From Utricularia gibba (taxonomy: Eukaryota > Plantae > Magnoliophyta): 64,000 nt of DNA. The first letter of the stretch is position 1; every line of letters begins with the position of its first letter. The position numbers and the translations under genes were made by a program. The notes below the pieces were generated by a model that searched no databases, was not told where the DNA came from, and saw only the letters and a program-made list of their open reading frames with translations. The stretch is taken from positions 496,001 to 560,000 of the forward strand of contig NEEC01000027.1 in the NCBI GenBank assembly GCA_002189035.1. Reading direction: 5' to 3'. Positions 25,684 to 38,208 of the stretch are shown piece by piece.

Positions 25684-28600
25684 TCAGTGAAAAACTTGGG
25701 GGGAAGCGTAGTATTCGCTTTCTTTGAAGACAGGCCTCAAGTCTTCTTTGCACATAAAATTCAGGGGAAATGTAACAAGATGTCCCTTCACGGATGCTAG
25801 TCTTTCCATTGGGTCTGTAGCAGTGTCTTCCGACATTTCCAACTTGGGAGGAGCTATTCCCATGTCAATAGTGGTATACTCGCTTTTCTCCTTCCAAGAG
25901 TTCAAGCATTGCCGTAGTGAAGCCCTGAATGGAAGGAATCCGAGTTGATGATGCAACGTGCTTTGCAATTATTTATGTTCGGCGATACAAATACAAGCAA
26001 ATGCCAGTCATCATCATATGGAGATCATACCTTGAATGGATGAGATCGTTTGGTATGCAAGAAAATACATCTTGGTAGATCCTGGAGTTCGACTGCAAAA
26101 CAAATAAGCAAAAACATGTTGCACTTTTTGATGATGTGAGGAACATAGCTTGGTATCCTAAAAATTTTATCAGACACCTCCGCAGTGGCCATCCATATGT
26201 TCTTGTAGGTTGACTCTGCTATGGGGTCTCGAATTTGATCAACCTAAAATGGGAAGCATGACGATCAGCATTTCAGATGGTCTTTTCAATGACTTGAAAT
26301 AACTTATTTTGAGTTTATTGAAAGTTAGTGCTCAAATCGAATCCAACCTCTTTGCCACGAAGACCAAGGTGCTCAGACCATAGGGAAAGGCGTAAGCTAG
26401 ATGCAAACTTCCCAGCTTTCCAGTGCTTGCCCCTCATTGACGAATTTATGAATGCTTTGTCTTCAATAACTACCCCAATCTGAGAGGCAAGCTTATATAG
26501 TTAGAAGTGGAAATATGGGTGAAACGGTCACTCCCTCTTTTCATTTTATTCCCCTGATTCAAGTTTTACTATATCACAAGACAGGTACTATGCCAATTTG
26601 GAGAACAATGAACATCAAAATAAGCAGAATATCAAGAATCCGTTAAGACCTTGAGAATAATACCTCAGAGTCTCTAGACCCAAGCAAGCTTCTGTCATTG
26701 AGATTGGCAGAGCCAATGAGCGTGACTCGGTCATCAATAATCATAATCTTGCTATGAACATAGACCTGAAAGTCAGTGAGAAAGAAATTCAGAACCTAGG
26801 AATTGATTTCTATGATGGGAAGATAGAAGCAGGATTCTTGAATGGGAAAATGCACATTACCTGACTAGAGGCTACTGGCCCACCTTCAGAAAGTTTTCCG
26901 TATGCTCTCAAACCATAGAAGGATATATAATCATGCATATCAGGGCCAATGGAGTTGAATAAATTATGAAGTATTGAACATGGTCCCCTGCAAATTGTTC
27001 TGTACTGCCAGTGCATAATGGCTCTTACAGACGCAGCACCAGAGTCGTCCACTCCACCCTGGTGATTGAACATGGAAGTCTCAGAAAATGATGCAGAAAA
27101 TATAGATGCCCACAAAGAAATATACGCACCTGGAAACCTGGGAGAAGTGGTATTACAACAATCGCCCTGAAAGCTTTCTTCTCATTGTGAGCCTGTATGA
27201 TTCGCCTATACAATGATTCTAGGACACGATTTTGTATCACGTCATCGCCAGCGAGTCCAGAAATGAAGAACTGATTCTGGAATGGTGTAGCCCGAAACAA
27301 TTAATTCAGACGTAACTGTAGAACAGGATTAGTCATCGGGATTGAAAAGTTAATCGAGTACCAACCTCAATGTAAACATAATGTTCCGCTTTTTCTATTA
27401 GAGAGCAGTAAGCATTATGAATACTTTCTTCAGTCTGGCTTGTTCCAGCTGACCATTGAGCTACACTTCGGATAACCTGACAGAAACCGTACATTATAAT
27501 CATGCATGTGGCAGTTTTCTAAACAAAGCACATGGCATAGGCGTCTTCTGCTGCTTTGGAAAATTGGATATTTTCATGTAAGAATTGAAGCATACTGGTG
27601 ATTTGGAAATATTCTAAAATAAAAATATTTCTCTATCGATGACAGCAAAAGCTTCAGTTCTCACCTGACAATGGCATGGAACACGGGGGCCCAATTGTCC
27701 TACTTCATCAGCATTAAAAACCTGATTTCCTCTTTCCTGTGTTTCCCACCAAGCCTTTTCGGGTAATGGTGGCCCAGGCTGCATCATCACAGAAGACAAC
27801 TCCAGGGCATCGACATCATCAATGAATCCCCTCATATGCATCACCTGAGGTGCAGACTCGTCACTGGAGTGTGGAGAAGAAAAGGGGCTCCTGCTATGAT
27901 GAAGGGGATCACGAGATGCATTAAATTCAGTTGAATTGGAACCCCCATTTAGAGATACTAGCCCATCAGCCTCTTTAGGCATTAGCAAGGGTATATCTTG
28001 AAATGATGATCTAGTGGAAAGAGAGCCATCTCTCTTTATGCCACTTGTATTACTAGTGATATCAGTGTCATGATTCTCTCTTGCTTGGCTGATTCCCAAA
28101 TAATGAGGAATGACCATGTGGTGCTGAGGTAAGAGCAATGGAATTGCGTGTTCATTTGGAGCTTTATTTCTCTGAGATTACAAAAGTGCAGTAATAAGAA
28201 TAGAACAGTTATGAAACACAAGAAATGACGTCAACCAAAAAGATTATGTGACCTTAGCGTAGTTCCATCTTTGAACAAAATGCCGGGCTACATCACGGCA
28301 TGGTGGCCCCCATAGCGCACAGTGAACATCATGCCAAGGCATGCGCGGATACATTGTTCTATCTACTTCATCATTCATTGTATCCTCCCAGGAATTGGGT
28401 TCTGACTCCCTGAATTACGGAGATATTCATGTAAGCAATTCAAGGAAATCCATAAATTCATGATTTTCCATAAAAATTCCTTCTTGCTAATTTAAAACTC
28501 TAAATCAACAATTAGCAAACCTTGGATTATAGTAATCCTTTCCAGGCCATATGCAAGGCGGATGATCCCCAACACTGTGGTGGCCATTGTCATACCGGCC

Positions 28601-31397
28601 AAAGCAAAGATCCAATCCTCCAATGAAACAAACTTGATGATCCACAATGACAAGCTTTTCATGATGGGACCTATGTGACATTATTCGAATGCTCCATTTC
28701 AGAGATGCAAAGGTGGATCACATAAATCTTCAGAATTTGCACGCATAGTAAGCATACCATAGATATACGCCAGTAGAAAAATGGTCTGGATATCGAAGCA
28801 CTCTGACATTTTCATGAATTCCCAAGAGTTTTTTCTTGCTATATACACTGTTAATTTTGAGAGCTAGAGCAACCTCTTTGTACAGCAGAATATATACCTA
28901 TATTAAAATTTACGTCCAGCTCAAGAGCAACAAAGTTCTACAGTAGCAGGACAGGAGTACAGATGTTCTATTTCATTACCTGTACACCTTGTTTTGCTTT
29001 AGATTCCAGCAAAAAGTCAAGCCTAGATGATGCATGAATCTGAAAAGGGCGCCTCATGTATAATTCAGGGCATAGCCACCAACCACATATAAATATCTGC
29101 ATCGCATGTACATTCAGTGTTCTCCACAAAACAACCATAGAATCTTCCACAAATATATTCAAGGTTGGAGCTACCTCTGACTTTGCTTCCTCAATAGCCA
29201 ACGCAATAGCTTCAAATGCCGCACAACCATCAACAAACCACTGCACTTCGCTTCCATCTTCAGATAAGCCCCTGGGGGCGCAAATGATCCAAAACGATGG
29301 GGGTGACACCATCCTTCAGGTGGGCGAAGGGCAGCATCATTGATAGCTAATACCCACTCTTTAACTCTAGCATCACTCTTTGTTCTAAGCTTGATGCTCC
29401 GAGTGCCACAAGTTACCTAGAAAAAGCACTTCAAGGTTCAAGGCTCGAGGATCTGAACTCAACTTTCAGATAAATATGGGTGACATAACATGAAGTTTAA
29501 GAAATCTTAATATGATGTTGCTCAAAAAAAATGTTCAGTGAATATACCCTGAAATAATGGCGCAGTGGATTGCGATCGTTTACTTCTTTTGCCAAGTGTA
29601 CTCGGTCATCATTATCACCACCATTATATGCTGGTAGAACATCAAAAACAACAATGTCTATGGGCTTCAGATCAAAGGGATGCTTCAAAAAGGCCAGAAA
29701 TCCAGGCTTTAGAACAGCCCAAACCTGATTTTATCAAATATTTAGGTTGGAACAGTTTACATAATAATATACAATAATGAAATGCAGCTTCACAGATCAA
29801 CAAGAAAGAAAACAAACAGCAGGAGTAAAAAAGAACAAAGTGAAGAAGAATGGTTATGTAGCATCGATGGGTACACAACTAAAAAAACTGTTTAGGCTTT
29901 CATAAGGTTGGTTGTACCTTCTGCCAATTATCTCTGCAACAACTGGACCATTGAGAAAAGCAGCATCCACTCTCATCATCACCGTTGGAAATCTTTGGTA
30001 AGTGCTTCACCATTAAGTACTCTTCCTTTAGCTTAGGCCCATACTCTGGTGAAAAGGACAACTTGGAAACTTCCATAAATTTGCAGACCTACACTTTCCA
30101 GAGTTTCAAAGGCAAGAAAAAATCAAATTAATGATCAAAGTGGGCTTCAATGAGCGAAGGACCTTTTTACCCATATAACAAATTAAGCAGAAAGTCTCTG
30201 TTCAAACATCAAAATAACAGATTCCGCTCTGAGCTACTTGGATTTAGAAACAGGTTCTAACCTCTTCAGAGTTCACAATGTCCATGTTGCTGAGAAAGTG
30301 ATTCAAATATCCCTGCATGGCAACCCTAGCTTGATCCGACATAGAATTCTGCCTTCCCAGTGCTGGACGAATAATTGGAAGAGCAGCACTAGAAGGAACA
30401 TCTCTGAACAAAAAACTACCTGTAAGGTACATAAATATTAAACAGGAATATACATTATTCACATATCTTGAAATCGAATTGTATCATGCTTGCTCAAAGA
30501 AACACCTGTTCCTAGAAATCTCATCATGGCGTACAGTAACAACTTCCTCATCGACATCATCGTCATCTTGAAAAATGGTGGCATTGTCTCCTATTCCTAA
30601 GTTTTGAAGCCATTCTATAACCTTCATAAATTGGAATCGGGAGTAAATCAGGAAATTGTTAACTACTAGGGGGAATGCATACAAAATAAAGAACTATCAA
30701 TTAAAATACGTGATGTAGTTCCCAAGGATTGAGATTATTGTTGGAAAAGGTGCGGATACCTGTTCCTGTTTCTCATGCATCTCTTCAATAAACTTCCTTT
30801 TCTTCAAAGCGAAGTGCAAATAGAAAACTTGTGACGCTTTTTTCTTTAACTGCCACTTGAACTGAAGCAAAACTAATCGTCAATTAGCAGTTAGATAGTG
30901 AACATTCTGCCAATCACACTCAATAACAAAGTCTAAGTGGGTAAACGAAACCTTTCCGAAAGTTAAAAATTTTGGATCAAGAGACATGTACCCCAATCGA
31001 ATGGATTTTCTTTGAAGCCTTTTAGCCCAATTCACTACCATCTACCGTTCAGAATTCAACACATGCACGCCCGTGAGAATTAAATCTTATTCTTTGTGAG
31101 ATAATCGAGAAACAAATTACCGCATTAAACATCAAAATTCCCGAATAAGCCAAGAACACATTAATGAATAATTTCGGAAATACCAAAAAAAAAAAAAGCG
31201 ACCTGCTTGTACTGGAACTCGATCGTGTATGTGAGCAGCGCGGGGCTAATATCCCCTGCATCGGGACGAGAAACTTGAACAATCACAGCTTTCGGCAACT
31301 GATCAAATATTCGATTCGACTCCGCTTCCTCCAGCCGCTGATGGCTGGACATGATCGGCGATGAGTCTCCCGCCAACCGCGAAGCCTCAGTCCCCAT
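25684..31397 (-). CDS. PLDZETA: Phospholipase D zeta (PX/PH-PLD), with an apparent -1 frameshift at 29274-29278
   Basis: [25 protein letters not shown]-terminus; both HKD motifs (HHEKLVIVD and VHSKIMIID); C-terminal [18 protein letters not shown]. Confidence 0.95.
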
Positions 31398-31674
31398 GGG
31401 CAGATACTTGTGCCCCATCAAGTGCTCCACGAAGGCCATCCTCGTTCAGGTCAGGGAGAATCCGTGGGAGATCAAATGCCGACTATTCTGTAATCAATAG
31501 CCAGGAGAAACTGCACCATACTTCTCCTCTTCTTTCCCAATTGCGTGAGGAAACGGCCAACCCTTATCACCCCTATATATATGTTTCCACGCCCCTATGT
31601 CTTCTTTACTTAGGGACCAAATATTAATTTCGTAAAAGATCAGATCCAAAATTTGAAATTTTTACCGTCAATCG

Positions 31675-31682
31675 CCACGTGG
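31675..31682. promoter_or_regulatory. Palindromic G-box CCACGTGG in the divergent PLDzeta / small-gene promoter
   Basis: Exact motif, 80 bp upstream of the plus-strand ATG. Function not shown. Confidence 0.5.
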
Positions 31683-31762
31683 TAGCGGTTGAGTGAAAGG
31701 CAGCCATTAAATGCCATGAGGAAGACCCCAAGGGGCATTTACCTTCCCTTTCTTCTTCTCCG

Positions 31763-32261
31763 ATGGCGAATCAGGCCCCCGTCTTCTTCCCTACCTCCCA
31801 AACCTTCACAGAGTATGGATTCCAGCCTCCCCGGATCCCCTACCTGAAAAGGGTATGCTCTCTTTCTTTCTTTCCTAGTCTTCATCAAAGTAATGATCTG
31901 TCGCAAGTGACGTTTTTAGGTTCTGGGAGGAGCTGGGAGGTCCAGATCGTTCCATTTCAAGATGCAGAAGCCCGATGCCTCCAAGAAAATTGACAAGAAG
32001 AAGCGGCGATGGTGGCGCCACGTCCTTCTTCTGTTCGACTTCCCCAAGCGGAAAACGCCGCCGGCGGAGACGACCGGGAGCCGCCGCCATTTCCACGCTG
32101 GCTCAGTGTACACTGTCGACAGCTGGAGTAGCGCCCGCTCCGGCGGTTACAGGTCGGGGTCCGGGATCCCGTACATTAGCCTCAGGGAGCTGAATATGGA
32201 CAACGGCCACGTCCCCAGTTCAGCTCCTGGCAGTACCAGGCCCATATATCTGGTCACATGA
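31763..32261 (+). CDS. Small uncharacterised conserved plant protein (EYGF..HFKMQKP..RRWW..PYISLRELN..PIYLVT), 2 exons
   Basis: Exon 1 MANQAPVFFP..EYGFQPPRIPYLKR splices (gtatgc..ttttag) in frame to VLGGAGRSRSFHFKMQKP... The terminal PIYLVT motif is recalled from a plant-specific family. Confidence 0.8.
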
Positions 32262-33138
32262 TGCACTGGCAACCCAAGGACGCTCGCATTTTGTCGTTCC
32301 TCCGTCCATCGTCTTTTTCTGCTCCGATACGCCACCATCATTGTAACTTGTAACAGCAATATAGTTCCGACTAGGAAGTCGATCCAGTTACAAAATAAAG
32401 AAGCAGGCTTCCCTTTTCTTTCAGTCCCCTCCTCAGTTCTCCTGAATTTGCTAACGAATCCATCAAAATCAGTCTCCTTTCACTGTCGAAAAAGGTACCG
32501 CTGAAGTTATTGGGGCTCTCCATCGCCGCTCCTGCCCTACACTTGAGCATTTAAAATTTGCAGCCGCGTGGTCCAGGAGCGAATGGTAACTGTTAAGATG
32601 ATCAATCAAGAAGCAAGGCTAGTGTTTACTTCTTAAACCCATCATGAATGGAGGAGTCTGCTCGAAGGGCTTTTTCTCTCACACATTTCTCGTTCCCACT
32701 TCAGGAAACTCTTCTTCAAGTACCCCGGCTCCTGAGAGAAACAAGAGCAGCAATGGCTCCCCAAACTTGGCGTCGACCCCATCTTTGTTGAATGCCAGCG
32801 ACTGTCAAAAGCAGTAATACGCGACGGTGACGGTGATCATCCCCGAACGTCAAGATCACTGTTTCAAGGCCTAAGGGGTCCAAACCCATGCTTCTCAAAG
32901 TAATGAGCCACCGGCCACCGGTGCAGATCAAGACAGTGCTTTCACCGAGCCCTAACTCAGGATTGGGCCTAGAGAGCCCATGTAAAGTTTGCTATTCGAC
33001 GGCGAGCCCATGTATAAATTTCTCCGCGTCGTTTCTCAGAGACGATACCTCTCCGGGTCCGTACTTTTCAGAGGTATCTTGATTGTGGAGGCGGCAGTTC
33101 TCGGTTGCCAACGATTGAGAGCTGAGCCTTCTGCAATC

Positions 33139-34136
33139 ATGTTGGTTTATCAGGATTTACTCTCAGGTGATAAATCTTACGCCTTCTAGTATCAGATCAT
33201 CGAATTTCCTTCTCCTCTGTCCGATTCTTAGTAGATCTGTTCGTGAATGGGGGTCCTGTTGTATAAGATCCGTGTTTGAATTGTGATAACTGCTCTTATT
33301 TTATCTGATGTCTGGTGACAAAGATCGTTACTGGATTTCTACTCGAATGATCGTTTCTTTTTTAATCCTGGGTGTTCTTTCTCAATTATGGATTTCTTTT
33401 CGAGTAGGAACTTGGTTATACTGAGTTGTTCCAGAGTTTTCTTTCTGATTTTCGTTATGTATGGGTCATTCTTCCGTAACATGCAGGTGATGAACTCCTT
33501 TCCGACTCTTTTCCCTACAAGGAGATCGAGAATGGGGCTCTATGGGAAGTTGAGGGAAAGGTTTGTTAAATATTCTCTTTCTATGCCTTGAATTTCCCAT
33601 GTTGGATGATGTTGCCTTTACAAGTTTATTGATACCGAGCGTCTGTTGTGGAAAATAGTGGGTCGTCAAAGGAGCAGTTGATGTAGACATTGGTGCAAAC
33701 CCCTCGGCCGAAGGTGGAGAGGACGATGAAGGTGTTGATGATCAAGCCGTAAAAGTTGTTGACATCAGCGACACATTCAGGCTCCAGGTCCTTTTTCACA
33801 CAAGCCACCAACCCTTCACTGTCTTCTTTGTTGCCATCTAAAAAGCTTGTTTTTGGGCAGGAGCAACCTCCCTTTGACAAGAAGCAGTTTGTGGCCTGGA
33901 TCAAGAAGTACATCAAGCTGCTTTCTGCTAAGCTTGAACCCGAGAAGCAGGAAGAGTTCAAGAAAACGATTGAAGGGGCGACCAAGTATTTGCTTGGGAA
34001 GATAAAAGATCTTCAGTTTTTCGTTGGGGAAAGCATGCATGACGATGGCAGCCTGGTGTTTGCTTATTACAAGGATGGTGCTGTGGATCCAACTTTCTTG
34101 TACTTTGCCCACGGTCTCAAGGAGATCAAGTGTTAA
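33139..34136 (+). CDS. TCTP: Translationally controlled tumour protein, 4 exons
   Basis: MLVYQDLLS / [24 protein letters not shown] / [20 protein letters not shown].. / [28 protein letters not shown]. Confidence 0.97.
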
Positions 34137-35686
34137 TCACCTGGAGATGTCCGAGGAATGACTTTTTCTGAAGTATTTGTCTCTTCCGTATTGTGCTTTG
34201 ATTATGTGGTTACCCATTGACTTGCTGAAAACAACGATTTGGGTTTACTTTGTTGTATCCTACGACTTCGCCTGTGCCTTCTTTACCTTGGTATTTGGAC
34301 ACTTATTTCGTGCTTGACTCTGTTCTCTTCTTTTCAATGGGAGGTGAAAATGCTATAGAAACTGATGCAAATTCAACTAAGTAATCTCTTTTAAATGCTC
34401 TAGGTGCAAAACCTTCTACAGCTAATGGTGGTTTAGCCGGCCTACCCTCCATTTTTACTGATTCTCAGTAGAGTTCCTTGTGTGTTTTACCTTTCTGGGC
34501 TTTCAGGAAGACAGATTCCAAACTATGCCCCAGTTCATCATCTCCAAACACAGCCCTTTACTGAATGCTAGTAGTGTTCTTCTTTGACTGGTTGCCTGAT
34601 GTGCGCAGCTGTAGCTCAAAATTCTCAACATTTAAATGACTTTCCTATGAATCCTGTCATAGGAACAAATCAGGCAGCCGCCAAATGAGTTTACTGAGTA
34701 TATTTTGTTCTCAAGTGCTAGGCTAAATCCTTCTGCTGCATTGATGTCCAAATATGGACCCAGGGCTAATCAAGTGAGCACATTCCTCTGCTTATTCATG
34801 TCCAGGGACTTCCATTCCATTTGGGATCCGGTTGATCCTTTGCCTATCTCATTGTGTTTGTGATTCTTTTCAGTATGTCCTTGAAGAACGTTCCATTTGG
34901 ATGTCTTGTCAGGAACAAGACTCCTCTGAGTTCTCATTTCTCAAGTTCGCCACCATTATGAAAATGGGAAACATCTCGCGCCACATCCTCCCATGCAGAG
35001 CTTGGGAGCCATCTTCAATTCCCTCTACAAACCTCAACCGCAGCCTGAAACAGCTAAGACCAACAGGAAAAGGATCCCCCATGCAACAAAATCATTGGGC
35101 GGGGCCCCGTGTCTACCACAATCCTCCATTGCACCTCTAGTCCCAGAGCCCCATCATTCTCTTTCTCGCTCCGGAGGATCAAATGCTGCGTACGTGTAAC
35201 TAGGAGGCACATTCAGTTCGGATGTGGCTCTTCATTAGAATCACCATTATCGTTGCTGCTACTGTGTGATATGATGTCAGTTGAGCCTGATTTGATGGTT
35301 TTGACCCATCTGAAATGGAGAAGAAATGGAGAGAATGCTGTCGGTAAAGAGGATCTCTTTCACTTTCCAGACAAGGGCAGGCTCCACGCCATGTGCAGAA
35401 CTGGAAGTTGGGTTGAAAGAGAGGATGACGGTCTGTGGGTGTCCGCCCAGCCACAGCCACAGCCACGGCCAGAAGCCAACCCACAAGAGACAGGGTTACT
35501 ATTCATCAACTAGTCTCATACATCCTTCCCACAACAAACACAGAGCCCTCTTGTGTTTCTTTCCTTACTGTTTCGTGGCAACCTGCTAGCACTAAAACAC
35601 CCTCCAGCTGCTGCTGTTGCCTGTGCGGATTCTTGAAAAGTAGCACAGTGACACTGTTATTAATACTCCTTCCCCTGAATTTGTGG

Positions 35687-36555
35687 ATGGAGAGTAGCAG
35701 GAGTGGGGTGTTTCTCGGGTCAGCTCCTTCGACGAGGGAAGCAGAAGCAGAACGCCACCAGAAAAATTCCATGCCGTGCAAACTGTCGCTCCCACTGAAC
35801 CTCTTTTGTGATGCGGCTGAACATCATCAGCATCATGGACCGCGCCTTGGAGGAAACATGAACAGCCCTGTGGAGGTGGTTTTTGGTCAAAAAAGGGACA
35901 TGGAGCTGGGAACAGAGGAGGAGGATGGAGTTTCTTGGAGGAACAGCGACGAGGGTCCCAACTCCAACGTCAGCAAGAAGCTCAGGCTCACCAAAGCTCA
36001 GTCTGCGCTACTGGAGGAAAGCTTTAGGCACCATTCCACTCTCAATCCGGTAGCTCAGTAACCCCTTTCCATTTCTTCTTCTTCTAGTTGAGATGAAAGG
36101 AATTGAAGTGCGTGGGTTCTCTGATCAGAGACAAAAGCAGGAGTTGGCGAGGGATTTGAAGCTCAGGCCTCGGCAGGTGGAAGTCTGGTTCCAGAACAGA
36201 AGAGCCAGGTCCCAGTCATCAGCCATCCTCAAGCTCAAACCCCCTTCAGGCAAACCAAATCTTCATCACATGCTCTGTTTTTGTTCAGGACCAAGCTGAA
36301 ACAAACGGAAACGCACTACGAATACTTGAAGCAATACTGCGCCACTCTAACAGAGGAGAATCGATGGCTGCACAAGGAGCTACAGATCTTGAGAATGCCC
36401 AGCAACAACAGCAGCCTGTGTACATGTGCCCTTGCTGTCAAAGGATCGCCTTTGCCCCAAAGGACAAGGACAACGACGGAGACCAGCCTGGAGACCCCGC
36501 CAACGCCACCACTCTCTTTAACATCCCCCTGAAGCATCCGCAGCATAGCAACTAA
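35687..36555 (+). CDS. HD-Zip class II transcription factor (HAT-like), with an apparent -1 frameshift at 36398-36400
   Basis: [40 protein letters not shown] zipper; the CPSCE-like motif (MCPCCQR) sits in the next frame. Confidence 0.9.
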
Positions 36556-38208
36556 TTGCATGTGGAGTCTCCTTATCAGTAGCATATGTGCACTATCCTT
36601 TGTTTGTTTGCTTGCTTGATTCTTGTTGAACGTTCAAAGGGCTTCTTAATTTGCAAGTCTGAGTCATTGAATCGGACCTAGAGAAACCATCCAGGCATTC
36701 TTACGAGTATGGCCATTTTCATGGTGCAGTACTTTCCTGTTAGTTAGGTGGCCATGTGCTGCATAGCAATTCATGATCAGAGCAACCAAAGGAAGGATGC
36801 GTGAGTGAAGTGAAAATGGCCTAACCTTGAGCCTTGAGGGAACCGGTGGGTCAATCCCACGTGATGTGGCGGTGCTCCCTCCCTCCCCCACACAAATAAT
36901 CGGCAATCAGTCATAGGCTTCATCTCTCCATTTCCCACCTTCTAAATCAGTCTTCACTCCAACAGGACGCCAACATCCCGGGCCTGATCTAATCCTCCCA
37001 AGGAAGAAAAAAGAAATAATCTTAGAATGATTCCCCAAGGAAAGAGGCAGTGGGAAGCACTCGTCGTCATGGAAAATGGGTAGTCGGCAAGCGTTTTTCC
37101 TTGTCTGTCCATGTCGATACTGGGTCAAAAGAGAAAAGGTAATCGTGCGGCTGACTCATCACATTTTCCTCTTTTGTTGAAGAAGGTGCAAGGAAACTTC
37201 CAGCATGAAGTTCCGTGAACAAGTTCTAGACTTGCCCCACTTCATGAACTCCTGAGCGTAGAATGACCAGCTGGCTGTCACTCAGTGGCCCAAGGAGCGA
37301 ATCATGTCTGCTAGTTGCACCGCAGGTGAGCCCCTCAAGATGGTCCAATTCACACGACGGCTTAACCACACTTCGATCTGGGTTTCTTTTCTGCAGAAGC
37401 GGAGCCGAATGCATTGCAGGCTTCTTGCGGATTAGACTCCTGGTCGGTCCAATTCAACACACACAGCATCATCTATTAGCTAGGTCAGGAGCGCCTCGAG
37501 GCGGAGCATAACTTACTCGAGAGATCCACCTGATCGCAGGAGAAACAGGCCTCCGATTCCCTGCCGGCTGCATCAGCATCCAAATCCATGAACAGCAGGT
37601 CACAAGGTTGATGATTATCCATGAGAATTCAACCGTCCAGACCCTGCAATGAACACAGCAACCAAAAACAGTTAGCCTCGTCTGCGCTGGTGAGGAAGGG
37701 GAATCTGGCAAGCGAGAATGTGGTGAGAGGGTGTGGAGAAGGCGATTCCATATGCAGTAAGCAGCACCAACAGGGAGAAATATCATGTATCTGCTACGGT
37801 GTGCGTGTGTTGGGTGTAATCTCGACTATGCCCTGAATATGTACGGTCATCGTCGTCCCAGGTGGAAGGGCTTCTGTATGACTCCTCATCCTTCCCAAAT
37901 GCAATTCGAGTGCACAAACATGCAGCTGGTGGCAATCATTTTGACATACAAATAACATTTTGCACAGCACAAATATGCAAGGGAATGGCATTCCAACAAG
38001 AGAGTGGCAAGGGAGGGGGGTATCAACTTAAACAAGAGTGAAGGAGGGGCATGTTCTATTCTTCAGTGTACCCAAATGCAAATTAGTGATCCCTAGCAGT
38101 CTCTAGGAGCATGGAAGAAACACAGCAACAATAGCTAAACACCATCCCCACCAAGCCATTTTAATCTATCTTATTGAATTCATTCATACTGCAGCAGCAG
38201 CAATGGGT

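Noticed and set aside
35264-35330. ATGATGT..CTGA..TGATGG..CTGA looks like a C/D snoRNA
   Set aside because: Imperfect C box, only ~45 nt from C to D, and no terminal stem or recognisable guide.
37200-37800. Short ORFs and splice-like signals between the HD-Zip and PCK1 3' ends
   Set aside because: Every splice combination I tried stops within about 35 codons, and no motif was recognised.
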